In this document: one piece after another, positions 40,133 to 54,639 of the stretch
How positions within the stretch are numbered: the stretch's first letter is position 1
Layout: each line of letters opens with the position of its first letter
Origin: Octopus vulgaris
Lineage: Eukaryota
DNA length: 64,000 nt
NCBI GenBank assembly: GCA_951406725.2
Contig: OX597833.1
Coordinates: 27,962,001-28,026,000 of the forward strand
Reading direction: 5' to 3'
Made by a program: the position numbers and the translations under genes
The notes under the pieces: generated by a model
Seen by the model: the letters and a program-made list of their open reading frames with translations, nothing else
What the model was told of the DNA's origin: nothing
The model's database searches: none

Positions 40133-40767
40133 TGTATGTATGTATGTATGTATCTATGTATGTATTTATACACATATATACATACATATATATATATATG
40201 CATGCACACATACGCACGAGCACACACATTCACATGCACTTTGTGAAGTTACAGTTTTAAGTAACATAGTTTCATGTCCTCTCTCTTTGGCCATTACATT
40301 TCTCAGTCCGAACTGATGGAACAGATCTTCGTAGTCGATTTTAATCAGTTTAATACATACCAGTTCCAAACTTCTGATCCGTCATACGGACATGACATAT
40401 TAAAAGAATATTAGAATATTGTAAATTAACAGAAACAATTCAATAGGACTTTCATCTTACGAGTGTTCACACACGGACACACTGGACCATAAATGAACAC
40501 GCAGATAAATATATGCACGTCACAGACACACCTGAATATTAACTTGGCTGAATATTAACTTGGAAAGTTATTATATTTACTATAAATAATATTCACCAAT
40601 TAACATACGCACATATGATTGCATGTACACAAATATTTACACCGGGGAACAATACATACATACACTAAATGTATATATATAGGCAAAATCGAACACACAT
40701 CCACATCCATACATATATAGATATATACATACATGAGACATCTGTACATCATACATACATACATATA

Positions 40768-41002
40768 TATTCTTTTACTTGTTTCAATCATTTGACTGTA
40801 GGTATGCTAGAGCACCGCCTTAAAGGAGTTTAGTCGAAGAAATCAACCCCAGGACTTATTCTTTGTAAGCCTAGTACTTATTCTATCTGTCATTTTGCCG
40901 AACCGCTAGATACGGGGATGTAAACACACCAGCATCGGTTGTCAAGAGATGGTTGGGGTACAAACACAGATATATACAATATATATATATATATATATAT
41001 AT

Positions 41003-41045
<43 letters not shown>

Positions 41046-41344
41046 CATACATACATACATACATACATACATACATACATACATACATACATAGATACAT
41101 ACATAGATACATACATACATACATACATACATACATACATACATACATACATACATACATACATAGACAGACAGATAAATACGACAGCCTTTCCTCAGTT
41201 TCCGTCTGCCAAATCCACTCACAAGGCTTCGGTCGGCCTGGGGCTATAGCAGATGACACTTTCCCAATGTGCCACGCAGTGGGACTGAGCCCGAAACAAT
41301 GTTGTTAGGAAGCAAGCTTCTTACCACACAGCCACACCTGCGCC
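40768..41344 (-). mobile_element. Full-length SINE family A with expanded internal compound microsatellite
   Basis: Head GGCGCAGGTGTGGCTGTGTGGTAAGAAGCTTGCTTCC; conserved 3' half; internal (TA)/(GATA)/(CATA). Confidence 0.88.
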
Positions 41345-41407
41345 CATATGTATGATCTTATGCAAAGTATTAATGAGACGCTCAGAGAAGGAAAGAAAGA
41401 GTGGTTG

Positions 41408-41441
41408 GTTTATGTTTCGAACATAGCTCTTCTTCAGAAAC
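41408..41441 (-). ncRNA. Minimal hammerhead motif in PLE pseudo-LTR
   Basis: gttt-CTGAAGA-aGAGCtatGTTC-GAAA-CATA-aac. Confidence 0.5.
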
Positions 41442-41525
41442 AGTTGACATAGGAAAGTCCAAAAGAAAAGGAAGGAAAAAATCGACAATGGTCCACGTGT
41501 AGTTACATTTTGGAATACATGTGTG

Positions 41526-41571
<46 letters not shown>

Positions 41572-41899
41572 AAGAGAAAAGATGAAAAAACACAGATTTG
41601 TTTTACAGGGTTTAAGAGTATATTGGAGTCACGATAATAAAGATATTATACAATTTTGTACAAAATAAGGTTTTGTTCTTTCAACATAATTCAAATAAGG
41701 ACCAGTTTGGCATTGCTTCTCAAGCTAAGAGTTCAAAAATATATACTGCTGGGAGTAAAAAATACATTGCCAGGGGGATACTTGTTCGCTCATTTATTTT
41801 GCAGTTAAGGGGGGGTAAATCTGTAATCATTATTGTTTTTTTTTTTTGTGTTCTCTATTTTATTCTGGCTTATATCTTACTTTACATGGAGTAAGTCCC

Positions 41900-44220
41900 T
41901 TATTTTTAATATAGGTTCATATTTAATTCTGGGTTATATTTTTAGATAAATCAGACTTTATTCAGTCTTACTTGGGTTGAGGTCCAGAAGGCAAATTGAT
42001 AAAATGAGAAAACTACGAATTGTGGTTGTAATCGTTCAGCACATTCGACTGAGGTATATTTGGCGATATTGTGGGGAGGAAATTCATTGTCTATGGACCG
42101 TACGTCTCTTTCGGATCGAATTTCCTGTCGAACTAATATAGTTTTGTTGGCAGCCCGAGCATCTGATTATGGAAACGAGGTTCTGGGAGGCGTAAGTGAA
42201 TTGAGATTTGATTTTGAATACTTACCCTTGTCTGAAATGGAATTTCGATCCTTCCAACTTTGCGTCCGTTGTTCTAGAGGATAGTTTGGCATTGGTGAGA
42301 ATATTCTTCAATGTCTCAGGTTGTTTGCTGCTCTTAATGATTTTATGGTTGCGTAGAATTTCCTTAAGTTTGCAGTCCTTATGAAGTATTGGAAGATTTT
42401 GAACGATGATATTGAAAGCGTCTTTGTTTCTGGAGTTGTATGTGGAGATATAAGGTAGTGCTTTGAGAGTAGATGTGTTGTTGAGTTTGACTTTTTTTAG
42501 TGTTTTAATATCAATCGATTTTGAACGCTTAATTATTTCATTTATAAGTTGAGTTGTGTAGTGCCTGTCCTGGAGTAATTTTTTAAGCTTTTGCAATCTT
42601 AGTTCTCTAGTATTTTTTTCGGTTACTATGGTGCAAATCTTCCTTGCAAAGTTGAAGAGGATATTTGTTTTGATATGTCTCAGGCGACATGAACTAAATG
42701 ATAGACATTGTTTAGCGTCTGTGGTCTTGTAAAAAAATGTTTCTATTTTTCTGTTTTAATCAGTAAGTCTAGGGGTGGGAGTTCCTCGTGGTCGTGTTCC
42801 ATTGTGAATTGTATGTTGGTGTTAATGTTATTGAGAAGTTTTTTTATGTTTTCATTCCAGAGGATGAAGTAGTCGTCCAAAAATCTTTTCCAATTTTCTT
42901 TTATGGTATTGGGAAAGAGGGTTTCTAAATTTTGAAAAAGACACGTAATATATTGTTATTTCTAAATAGCCCATTGTTAGATTGGCTATGCTTGGTGCTG
43001 CCCTGGTTCCCATTGCAATTCCAGATTTTTGGCGATAAACAGTGGTGTCAAACATGAAATGGTTGTTTTGGAGGATGAATTTAATTGATTCAGTTATGAA
43101 GTCTTGTTGATCCGTTGTGGTATTTCTGGATATTTGTCCAGCCAGAAACGGATTGCTTCTATTCCATAACTATGAGGTATGTTGGTGTATAAATTAATCA
43201 CATTGAATGATACTATGATTGTTTCCTCCTCGACCCTTTCTGGAAGGTGATTTAACATATCCAAGTTATCTCTAATATGACTCTTGATATATTTTAGAAA
43301 TGGTTTCAGGAGAATGTCCATGAAGCAACTTAATCGATGTGTTTCACAGGATGGTCCAGCTACAATGAGCCGTAATTTTAGGACTCCTGGTGCTGGTGTA
43401 TGTATGTATGTATGTATGTATGTATGTATGTATGTATGCCTTTGGAGAATTTTTTGATGGCTTCGTTTATAGTTTGGCTTTTGTGAATTTTAGGTAGACC
43501 ATAGAATAGGCTGGGTTTACATCTAAAGTTTGTCAAAGAGTCTATTTCTTTTTTGTTAGGTATTTTCCGTGGGTTTGGATTGTTGAAAAGAGGTTTTCCG
43601 TTATTTTTTGGCGGGTGTAATTATTGACTTTTTCGTAGTGTTCATCATTATTAAGTATGGATACTACTAAATTTTTGTACTAAAATGTGTCCATTACCAC
43701 TATTGCACTTTCTTTGTCCGCTTCATTGATTGTTATTTATTCATTGTTTTGTAGTTTAGTTAGTTCTTTCCGTTGGGTGGTGCCGAAATTTGAAGTAATT
43801 TTTTTGTTTGTGCGGGGAGTGGTAGGAGAAATTTTGTGTGTTGATATGAAGCATGTGGGTAAGTGATGTTGTCTTGGATTGTTTTGCGTATATTGGTATC
43901 TGGGAGTTCTTTGGCTGGTATTTTGTGTGTCCCAAAATGTGTTCCGTTTTCTTTGTTCTGGGGCTGGAAAAAGTTGGTTGTTGCTGTGTTGGTATGACCT
44001 GTCCGTGTAGAAGTAGGGATTTGGGTTGGACGGATAGTGATGCTGAACTCTTGGATTGTTTTGTGTTTGGGCATCGGTGTCTTCATCGTTCTCGGAAAGG
44101 GGGCAAAGTTCCTGAATGCGTTGTGGCCTCGTCCGAAACCTTTCGCTTGTGGAGTGGGCCAGTAGTTCTGGGATATGAGGTGGAACCAGAATGTGGCTGA
44201 TGATTTCTGTTCATAGTGCA
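41900..44220 (-). mobile_element. Degraded Penelope-like element (RT, thumb, eroded endonuclease)
   Basis: VSFNVINLYTNIPH, YRQKSGIAMGTRAAPSIANLTMGYLE, RFLDDYFILW, LPYISTYN, SKQPETLKNILT. Confidence 0.88.
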
Positions 44221-44284
44221 TGTACGATAATACGTGTGAAAGCGTTACATTTATATTCCCTGTACCTCACGTCATGGACGCTTA

Positions 44285-44343
<59 letters not shown>

Positions 44344-44424
44344 TTTCACTTCATCTTTTCTTCTCCCTCTTTTCTTTCTTCCTCTTTTTCTCTAATCATG
44401 TGAAAGCGTTACCGACGGGCTAGG

Positions 44425-45313
44425 TAACTGAAGAATTTGAGATTAATTGTTGAATTTATAGTTGGTGTCTATCTTCCCAACTGGTTTGATATTAAGCTAA
44501 ATCTAAAATGGGTTGATGGTCTCAGTCACCTTTTCTTTCACTTGCAGCTTGTAAGAACACAAAATAAGTTGGTGAAGGATATCGTGCTACCTGTGGTGAG
44601 GTGGTCCGTATGGTATGCTCGATCAGAAGCAGTGTTGCAAGCAATGCTTTCCAGCCACCGTTCAAATCTTTGTACTGAAGCTATAGAAACCATTCTTAGA
44701 GGTACATCACTTGAAGATGACCAGTTGAGAGACTGCTCATTTAGTCAAAGAAAAGTTGCCCAATTAAATGCCAATGCCACCAAGCTGTCTGGGTTGGTTG
44801 ATTTGAGTTCTGGGGCCTTGGAACAACTATTGACAACATCCTTAACTAGTAAGAATCTCAAAAGCTTTAAAGATACACCAATGATAATACCAAAATGGCC
44901 ATCACACACACACAAAGTGTTGAGATGTGTGTTAAAATGGCCACTGAAGCTGCGAGTCATGTTTACAGTTACGAGAAGCGAGACGGTTACATCAAAGCAC
45001 AAGCAGTCAGCCGGCAACAGATGAAAAGAAACAGCAGAAAGGAGGATGTGAAGACTTTGATTATTTTCGAATAGTATATTGGAATGTATTATACTTTATA
45101 TGAAACTTGAAACAGAAAGATGCTGGTGAAAACCAATTATGTTCAAAATTCTCAAAACATAAATTTCGAACTCAAATTGATGTAGTTAAGAATTATTTAA
45201 AATTATTTTACTTTCCAGAATTTTGTGTTATATGCTAAAAGGCAACAATAAATTACTACCAAAATTGAAGATTATGAATTTTCCTATTTACTCCCCAAAA
45301 TTGACACACCCTG
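44425..45313 (+). mobile_element. DNA transposon 3' remnant, hAT-like (hATm-type) transposase C-terminus
   Basis: FIVGVYLPNWFDIK, WYARSEAVLQAML, PSHTHKVLRCV; possible terminus CACACCCTG; superfamily assignment tentative. Confidence 0.5.
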
Positions 45314-45340
45314 CTTTGGTACGCACCCTCCTCTTTAAAT

Positions 45341-45510
45341 GTGAGGGGCCCACTTAAGCAAATTTTTGCCATCGTTAAATCCAATTTCCAAACACAGCAT
45401 AAGTACAACTCAATTTTAAACTTTTCCACACTTAAATTATCCTATTCAACTATATCTAATATCGAATCAATTATAGCTGCATCTAATAGACGCAAATCTA
45501 ATAGATATAA
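45341..45510 (+). mobile_element. Short PLE linker fragment
   Basis: NFQTQHKYNSILNFSTLKLSYSTISNIESIIAASN resembles the PLE motif FP..H....IFN..T.K.SYS...N....I...N. Confidence 0.55.
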
Positions 45511-45574
45511 CTCACAGACCATGACTATGAATACTACTACAAGTGCGGCTATATATATATATATATATATATAT

Positions 45575-45652
45575 TATCGATCCCGGAAGGATGAAAGGCG
45601 AAGTCGACCTCAGTGAAATTTGAACTCAAGACGTAAATGATTTTGCCAGCTT
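45575..45652 (-). mobile_element. Fragment of SINE family B (Nin/Deu-like domain)
   Basis: Minus strand GTCGACTTCGCCTTTCATCCTTCCGGGATCGATA. Confidence 0.6.
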
Positions 45653-45859
45653 ACGGCTTTAATAAGAAGAATAACAACAACAATAGTACTAGTTACAATA
45701 ATAGTGATTACACTACCAGCCTTGGCAACCACGCAGGATTAATCAACTTTCAAGGGACTGGAACATCTCCGTTCTCTATCATCAATACTTCTAATACAGC
45801 CAATCTTTATAATAATGGCACAGATAACGCTGACAATACTATAGAATATAGCCTTCGCC

Positions 45860-48440
45860 TGTGTTTCTTGCCTTGACGTAGGTTCATCCGGAACTCTTGA
45901 CACAAAATCCAGTTTAGCTTTGAAAACACCTACATCCACGCCATTCAGGTCTCTCTGGCTTTGTGGAAGATCATTGAAGAGCTGTGGATCATTGAAATCC
46001 AAACTGCTGCAGTATCTCGCCTTACATCCCGATGGCAATGTTGGGATTTTTTGGTACTATGCAGTGACTATGCCCCGTCCCGCTGTTTGTGTAACTGACA
46101 ATGCCAAACTTTCGTCCATGTTCTAGGATTTTCCAGATGTATATTACTGCATATCTTTCCCGCCTTCGTTCTAGGGAGTGGAGTCTTAACTCTCAGTTTA
46201 TCCCAGTAGCTGATATGTCGCATTGAGCCGATCTTTCGCTGGATCGCATCGAGTTGGGAGCAGTAATCCAGATGGCTGAGGACGAAAGTCCTCAAGAGGA
46301 CCATTATGGTTCGCTTTTCCCTCATTCTGAAAGTTCGAAGGATCCATCCGGTCAAACGTTTGCATTTTATTGCCAACTTGACAATATGCACCCGGAAATA
46401 TGCCTCATTACTCATGTCGATGTCCAGGACACGTACTGATTTTGATTCAGGGATTGCAATCCCTCCTGGACCAGTGTATCCTATTTGCTTTCATAGAGCT
46501 TCATGTGTTGGTAGCGTAGGACTTTGAATTTTCCAACATTAAACTGCATGTTATTTTCCTCGGCTTACCTGTATATTGCATTCAATTCACGTTGCAGATG
46601 CGCAACATCTCCAGAATTCTGTATCCTCTGAGAGACTTTTGTATCGTCTGCTTAGCTAGCAAGGGTGGCTACTTGAGCAGCTGAGGGCACGTCAGAGAGG
46701 GCCACTATGAATAGCAGTGACTCCCAAGACATTTCCTTGTAGAACACCACTCATTATCTGTGTTTCCTTGGAGGTGGCCCTGTTGGCCACAACTACCTGA
46801 TTTCAAATCGCTTAGAAAGTCATGTAGCCATTCTCCAAGTTTCCCAACTATGCCAAGATTACGCAGCTTGTGACATATCATGCCATGGTCGACTTTGTAT
46901 ATCACATCCACTATTCGTTCTATGACTTTGCTGATGTGGGAGGTCAGAGAGATAGGCCTATAGTCTTTAGCATCTGCTCTGCTTCCTCCATTATGAGTAG
47001 GCATATTATTCCTTTAGTTTGTCCGGAAGCTTACCATTTGCAAGGAAGCTCTGAAACAGAAACCGCAGTGGTTTTGCAAGGACTCGTTTGCATGACTTGA
47101 GAAGGATTACCGGGAATTTGTCGGGGCCAGCAGCCGAGTTTGTATCTATTACCAGTATTACATCCTCTTTTTCGATGTTGATGTAATCAATTGTTACTGC
47201 CTCCCGTTCAGCTTCTGTAATGGTAAAGAACTGTACAGGTTTGCTAACTTGCACGCGCCCTGGAGACACTTTTGAATTGTTCGTTTAGTGTTTCACTTAT
47301 CGTCATTGCGTTTCCCGTGAGGGAGCCATCTTTTTGGAGGAGGGGTGGTCCTACACCGCAATGCACAGAGGCAGACTCCTTGGCGTACCTAAGGAAGGCT
47401 TTAGGGTCTGGTTTTATATTTCTTATGACTCAGGCTTCTTTGTCTGCTCTTTCCTTCTCGTGGGAGAGCTTCAGATGTTTCTCAGTCTCCACCAGTGCTG
47501 TTTCCAGGTGGGATTTCTCACTGCCGTGGAGTTCTCTGTTGAGGCGGTTTTCAATCTTTGTACACCGTCTCAAGAACATTTCTCCCCCTGGGAATCTTGT
47601 TTTCATGAGCGGTGGACCTTCTCTCTGGAACAAAATTTTAGCTTATGGCTTGCATTATGGACCTGACAGTTTTCAATTTCATACCAATATCAGTTGTAAA
47701 GAGACATAGCTATCAGTCCTGTTTGGTGATCTTTTTCTCAATTGATTTCTAGTCAGCTTTGTGGCAGTTCAGTTTGGATATGCTTTGGGTGCTTCTCATA
47801 TCGGTTGCTTTGATCCATACATGGTCAACTCCATTATGTTGTGATCTGAGACAAGCGTCGGTGTCACTTTCACATTGTGGATGAGAACCACATTGTTTGT
47901 GAAGCAGAGATCAAGTATATTGTTTGCCCTGGTTGGCTGGAGTAGTTTTTGCTCTATGTATAACTTGGTGGGATTGAGCAAGGATTCCACCTGACTTTGC
48001 TCACATCGCGTCATTCCTGAGAGAAAAAGGCCTTCAGGCAATTCTACATTGGGGAAGTTGAAATCTCCCATGAGAAGTACACTGATGTGCTCTTCTATTT
48101 TGGTTAAAACCTCTTCTTTTCTTGCAAGGCAATCTCCGAATAGGCGCGTATGATTTAGGGCATCTGGTGAGCGGTATCTAGTACGAATAACTATGTCGAG
48201 TTGTCTTATATGCACAATTAGTGTGTCACACACTGAATTTGGGTGTGAGAAAAGGATATATAGCATGAGGTCTTCACGGATGTACATTGCAACTCGACCA
48301 TGGCTCGTGTCTTTTCTATCGCTTCGCAATACAGCATATGTTGGTATGCGTATTTCTGCATCTGTGGTATCGAGTTTTAGGTGAAATCGTTTCAGTGAGT
48401 GCTATGCATAAGGCTTGATTGCATGCCACAAGGTTTCTGA
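45860..48440 (-). mobile_element. CR1-group LINE ORF2 remnant (AP endonuclease + RT)
   Basis: IALTET, MGDFNFP, PTRANNILDLCFTN, SDHN, SAAGPDKFP..LLK, YRPISLTSHISKVIER, LSHLDYCSQL. Confidence 0.88.
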
Positions 48441-48541
48441 CGAAGGTAATTTTAGTTCCGTTTCTGAGTTCTGTATATATATAGTTAATCCAAACATAAA
48501 AACACAAAGAGAAAACACAACAACGCGAGGACGTTTCCCTT

Positions 48542-49094
<553 letters not shown>

Positions 49095-51489
49095 TTTGTA
49101 TATGTTTTCCAAAATTCTGCGTGTTGACACAAATATTGTTTTAAATTAGGAAACAGACTGCGTTGGTGGTGTTCACTTCTTATTGCTTAATTCATTAAAT
49201 TAATTCATTATAATATATTGAACTACAGCAAGGAATGTGTTATTATTGCCAGAATGACTCTCATAAAGTAAATATACACATACAAACATACATATACATA
49301 CATACATACATACATACATACATACATAAATATATATGCATATATATATACACACACATGCATACAAATATATATACGTATGTATATATTTGTATGTATG
49401 TATGTATGTATGTATGTACGTATGTATGTATGTATGTATGTATGTATGCATGTATGTATGTATGTATGTATGTATGTATAACCTCTTGTGTGTGTGTGTA
49501 TTAAGTACATGAGTAAACAGCCACCATCGTGTAAATAAAGACTGGATCTCTTATATTACCTGTGTCACATACTAACAATAAAATCTGATAATATTGAATA
49601 GTTTTCTTTAAGCGCTATATTTTAACACACACACACACACAAACAAACACACACACACACACACACAAACAAACACACACACACACTCTTTCTCCCTCTA
49701 TCTGTCTATCTGGCTATCCATCTATCTCTATCTCACTTTCTATTTCTCTCGATCTCTGGCCCTCTGTTACTTTCTCTCTTTGGGGAGTCAACTGATCAAC
49801 CATTGAACATAACCTCTTGTATTTAATTTCCCGTTATCAAAATCTCTTATCTCAAGAGTGTGACTAGAGTAAAGGGATTGATTGCACGTTTGTCTGTGAA
49901 ACTATTATTTTTCTAGAAAACTTTAGGCTGGCATTTAATCAATGCCACTTCGCTATTCTTCCTATTCGTCTCATATCTTTATAAAATTCACAGCTATTTA
50001 GTCAGAGCAAATGACTCGTGTCTAGAAATGAAAAATAACGATAATAATAACTAGGAAGTGTCACAAATTTAAAGAAAGGAGATAAGTGTTTCTACTGCTA
50101 CTATATTTGTTTGGTTTCAGAAGGTTGAAAAGGTATTTGCTACATTTGTTTACTCTTTGTGTTCTCATTATCACAAGAATGGCTTGTTTTCAACAACACA
50201 GGTGGTACTAACACTTCTTTCGCTAGAATTGCTAGCTATAGAGAGGAGAGAACAAGAACAGTAGAAATATGGGATCAAGAAAAGCACCTTTTTCTTTTAG
50301 GTCATTATTAAAGTGCGAACAAAGAGGAAGGCCACATATCTTTACATCTCTAAAATTAACACGGGGTGCTTTCCGTGATCTCTTAGAGCAACAACTGAAG
50401 GTAACCTTAGCTGATATGTAGATCCTCCATCGGCCTGGTGGTCGGCTCCGAGCTCTGAAAAACGAATGGATTTCTTATGCTATGCTCCAATCTGTATTTA
50501 ATGGTGCACTTGGGATTTTCTGGAAGCAACTATTTCTGGGATCTTCAGTTGCTGGCGCTTTGTCCACTTTCTCTCTTTCTCTGCCTCCAAGCTCTTCAGG
50601 GAAGAAAAGCTCTAAAAGGGATCATACAATCACACGTGTAGCAGCTGGGATTTCTAAGGAATTATATGACCATACCGGACCCTTCAGACCACATGTCGTT
50701 TCTGGTCACTTCAGCGCTCAGGCCCAGCATGTACTCTACCACAAAGTGATAATGAGGTAAAGGTCAACGTCAAAGTCAATATCCTTCACCCTGACCCTCG
50801 TGTTGCATCATTCTAGGTTTTACATCACGAGCTTGTAAACTGACAGATGATACAGCAGCTCGCCTTTCTTTCTCATCTCATCCTTTGTTTTAAACAAACA
50901 ACGGTCCCATAAGCCCTACCCCGATCAATAAAGAAATATCTCTCAACATATCAAGAAAGGTTTGGTCGTTCATGGACACTCTTTTCTCTATGGCAAGCGT
51001 TGCTAACCAAAGAGAGGAGTAAACATGAGAGAGTGCATTGGTATTATTGATGTTTTCGGTGGTGGTAATAGTGTGTTGTATCTTTAAAATAGTTCAAATT
51101 AATGGTTTTAACTAAAAATATCATTGTTCTTTTGTGTAAAAGTTTGTTGGTCTTATGGTGAAATTGAATTTGCATTGTTATTATTTTTTGTTTTGTCTAT
51201 TTTCCGCGTTTATTTTGTCTTTTAAAATAAAGAGGATTCTGTGACAGGAGGCTATTTTGTTATACGAAATGTAAATACGAAATGAAAAACAATTAGATCC
51301 AAAAATAATACTTATTTACGTCTCTCCTGTTAGACGTCGAATGCGTTCCAGAAGGTTTCTTATTGAAAATTACAAAAAAAGTAATCATTTTCTTACAGTT
51401 ACACTGTGTAAGAAACAAATCCAAACCCCCAAGAGCTCGAAATAATGTTTCTATCAAAGGTAACTATTATTATTTATTATTATTATTAT

Positions 51490-53640
51490 TCTATGTTTGA
51501 CTTTTGTACAAGTTGGCTCCAAGTCTCACCCAGAGACCTCAAGAGACAACAAGTTGGAAGTTCATGTTGGTCTTAAGACTAGGGTGCCATACTTTGGTTT
51601 TGTACCTAGTGTTGTACTAGTGAATGTCTAAAAACCCATACGAAAATTGTTTGTTTTAAAACTTGAGATTACATAGAAAGTATTTTGCGTAGGATATGAG
51701 CAGTTCCCATGAACACTATCTTTTGAATTTCTGCCATTTTGGGGTTTCCTGGTATCTGAGTTAGGTAGCAATCAGCCCCTTTTGCTATCATTCCCAGGGC
51801 ACCAATGACAACAGGTATTGTTTTAGTTTTCAGGTTCCACATTTTGCTTATTTCTATTTCAAGATCTTTATATTTGCTCATTTTCTGGTATACGTTTATA
51901 TCGATTGGGACAGTCATATCAATGAGGAGACATGTTTTTTGTCTGAAGTCTTTCAATCTGCTGTCTGGCCTATTCGCATCTATCTTTCTGTCAGTTTGAA
52001 TGGTGAAGTTCCAGAGGAGTGAGATGTGGTCATTTTCAAGCACTGGATGTGGTTTGTGTTCCCACCAGTTTTTATCATGGGGCATGTCCAGACTTTTGCA
52101 AATTACCCAGTGCCTGTTGAGATACTCTGTAGGCGCAAGAAGACTGCACTTGGAGACAACATGATCAATGGTTTCATTTTGTTGTTGACATACACGACAC
52201 GTTGGGCTACTGCCGTTCTTTAATATGTTGGCCTGGTAGTTCCTTGTAGGTAGGCATTGATCTTGAGCTGCTATAATAAACCCTTCTGTTTCAGATTTTA
52301 AGCCAGAGGCCATTAGCCATTGATGGGTCAGGGCTTTGTCAACATCTGCATTATTCGTTATCTTTGGGTATTTGCCATTGAGAGGTTTTTCTTGCCATTT
52401 ATCAATCAGAATATCTAAGGTAGCAGTTTTAGCACGGGTTTTCATGCGCTTAGCTTTTTCTGTGCTTGTTTCTTGTATGTCTAATTCCGAAATTTGCTGT
52501 ATTCAGAATTCACTTAGATATTCCTTTGCCTGTTTTGTTACTGAGTATGATGCTTTCTTGTTTTCATGGTTTGAGACAAGTTTTAACATCCAGTCCTCAG
52601 AGGTTTTTCAGGTAGGTGTTTAGGCCAGTTGTAGCAATCTTCATTGTTATTGCCAGTTGTAAAAGTCCACGGCCTCCCTCTTTTCTTGGCAGATAAAGTC
52701 GTTCTATATCTGCTTTAGGGTGGTGCATTCTATGCAATGTCAACAGTTTTCGTATTTTTCTGTCAAGCTTACATATATCAGTAATTGACCACTTAATGAT
52801 ATTGAAACTGTAAGTCACGACTGGTATGGCTAAAGCATTGATCGCTTCGATCCTGTTTCTCGCATTCAGTTCTGTCTTGAGTATTGCTCTTACTCTGCGA
52901 TAACATTCTCTCCTGATACTTTCCTTCATCACTGAATGCTTTATTCCTTCCCCTTCAATTACCCCTAGGTACTTGTAGCTCTCCGCTGGGTCTTTTATGA
53001 CATTCTGGTGGGCAAGATGTTTCTGTCATTTTTCCTTTGATAAAGGTAGCTTTTGCACATTTATCAAGGCCAAATTGCATTCTGATGTCATCACTGAATT
53101 GTTTAACAATCGCTAGTAAGCCCTTGAGTTGTTGGTCATTTTTTGCAAAGAATTTTAAATCATCCATGTAAATGAGATGATTTATATTTTTATCAAACAT
53201 TTTATATCCGTACTGTGCGTCATTGAGCAATTTTGAGAGAGGTATTAAGGCTAAACAAAAGAGGAGTGGTGATAGTGAGTCACCCTGGAAAATGCCACAC
53301 GAAATTTTTTAGAGATCCATTGTCACTGTTCAAAGTCAGTGTGGTTCTCCATGATCTCATACTTACAGACAAAAAGTTTCGCAGAGTAGGCGCTATTTTA
53401 TACATTTCCAGGCATTTCTTAATCCAGCTATGTGGAAGGCTATCAAAAGCCTTTTTATAGTCTATCCAGGCTATTGACAAGTTTTTGTGTCGTTAGTGAC
53501 AATCTTCTAAGATCATCTTATTGATGAATAGCTGATCTTTACAGCCGTAGGATCCACGTTTACATCCTTTCTGTTCATTAGGGAATATGCTGCTGTCTAT
53601 TAAAAAACTATCGGTATATTCCGTCAGGACAGATGCGTTT
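51490..53640 (-). mobile_element. 5'-truncated R4/Dong-clade non-LTR retrotransposon (RT, CCHC, restriction-like endonuclease)
   Basis: WIDYKKAFDSLPHSWI, HLIYMDDLK, RLYLPRKEGGRGL, IAAQDQ, CRVC..ETIDHVVSKC, NRPD..LIDMTVP..KYKDL; (TAA)n at both ends. Confidence 0.92.
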
Positions 53641-53673
53641 TATACATAGTTTTATACATAGTTGTTAAGTAGG

Positions 53674-53720
<47 letters not shown>

Positions 53721-53739
53721 CATTATTATTATTATCATT

Positions 53740-53816
<77 letters not shown>

Positions 53817-53914
53817 TATTATTATTGTTGTTGTTGTTGTTGTTGTTGTTATTGTTATTTTGCAGAATCGTTAGCACGCCGGGCAAAATGCCTAGCGGAG
53901 TATTTCGTACTTAA

Positions 53915-54222
53915 GAGGGTTGTATTTATTCATTTTTTCAACTCCCTTCTTGACTATTCGTGGGTCAATGGGACATGCAGCATCAACTATATAGCATATG
54001 TGGTGCACCTTGTGCACCACCACTAGATCCGGTCTGTTATGCTATAGCACCTGATCTGTTTGAATTGGGAAATCATAGAGGATTTTACTAGTCTCCGACT
54101 CTATCACTCTCTGTGGTTTGTGTTCTTGTCTCTCTTTAGCCCTCACTTTTCGCACAGCTTCCAAGTTAGCACTTTCGCTACCTGATCGTGTGGCCACAAC
54201 TTGTAGTGGTTTTGGGCAAGTC
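53915..54222 (-). mobile_element. R4/Dong restriction-like endonuclease fragment
   Basis: HDQVAKVLTWKLC..KILYDFPIQTD..NRPDLVVV..CYIVDAACP..EKMNKY. Confidence 0.8.
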
Positions 54223-54246
54223 TAGGGCATTCTTATTATTATTATC

Positions 54247-54384
<138 letters not shown>

Positions 54385-54420
54385 GGTGGTGGTGGTGGTG
54401 GTGTATTATCATCATCAAGA

Positions 54421-54624
54421 AGGTGGCGAGCTGGCAGAATCATTAGCACACTGGGCAAAATGCTTAGCGGTATTTCGTCTGCCTTTACATTCTGAGTTCA
54501 AGTTCCGCGAAGGTCAATTTTACCTTTCGGAGCCCATAAAATAAGTACCAGCTGAACACTGGGGTCGATGTCATCGACTTATCCCTTCCCCTGAACTTGC
54601 TGGCTTTGTGCTAAAATTCGAAAT
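54421..54624 (+). mobile_element. SINE family B (tRNA-like head, Nin/Deu-like body)
   Basis: GGTGGCGAGCTGGCAGAATCATTAGCAC..GAGTTCAAGTTCC..AAAATAAGTACCAG..CTGGGGTCGATG; truncated head copy at about 53862-53907. Confidence 0.75.
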
Positions 54625-54639
54625 CATTATTATAATTAT

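Noticed and set aside
50300-51000. GC-richer segment as an exon or LINE remnant
   Set aside because: No convincing motif in any frame
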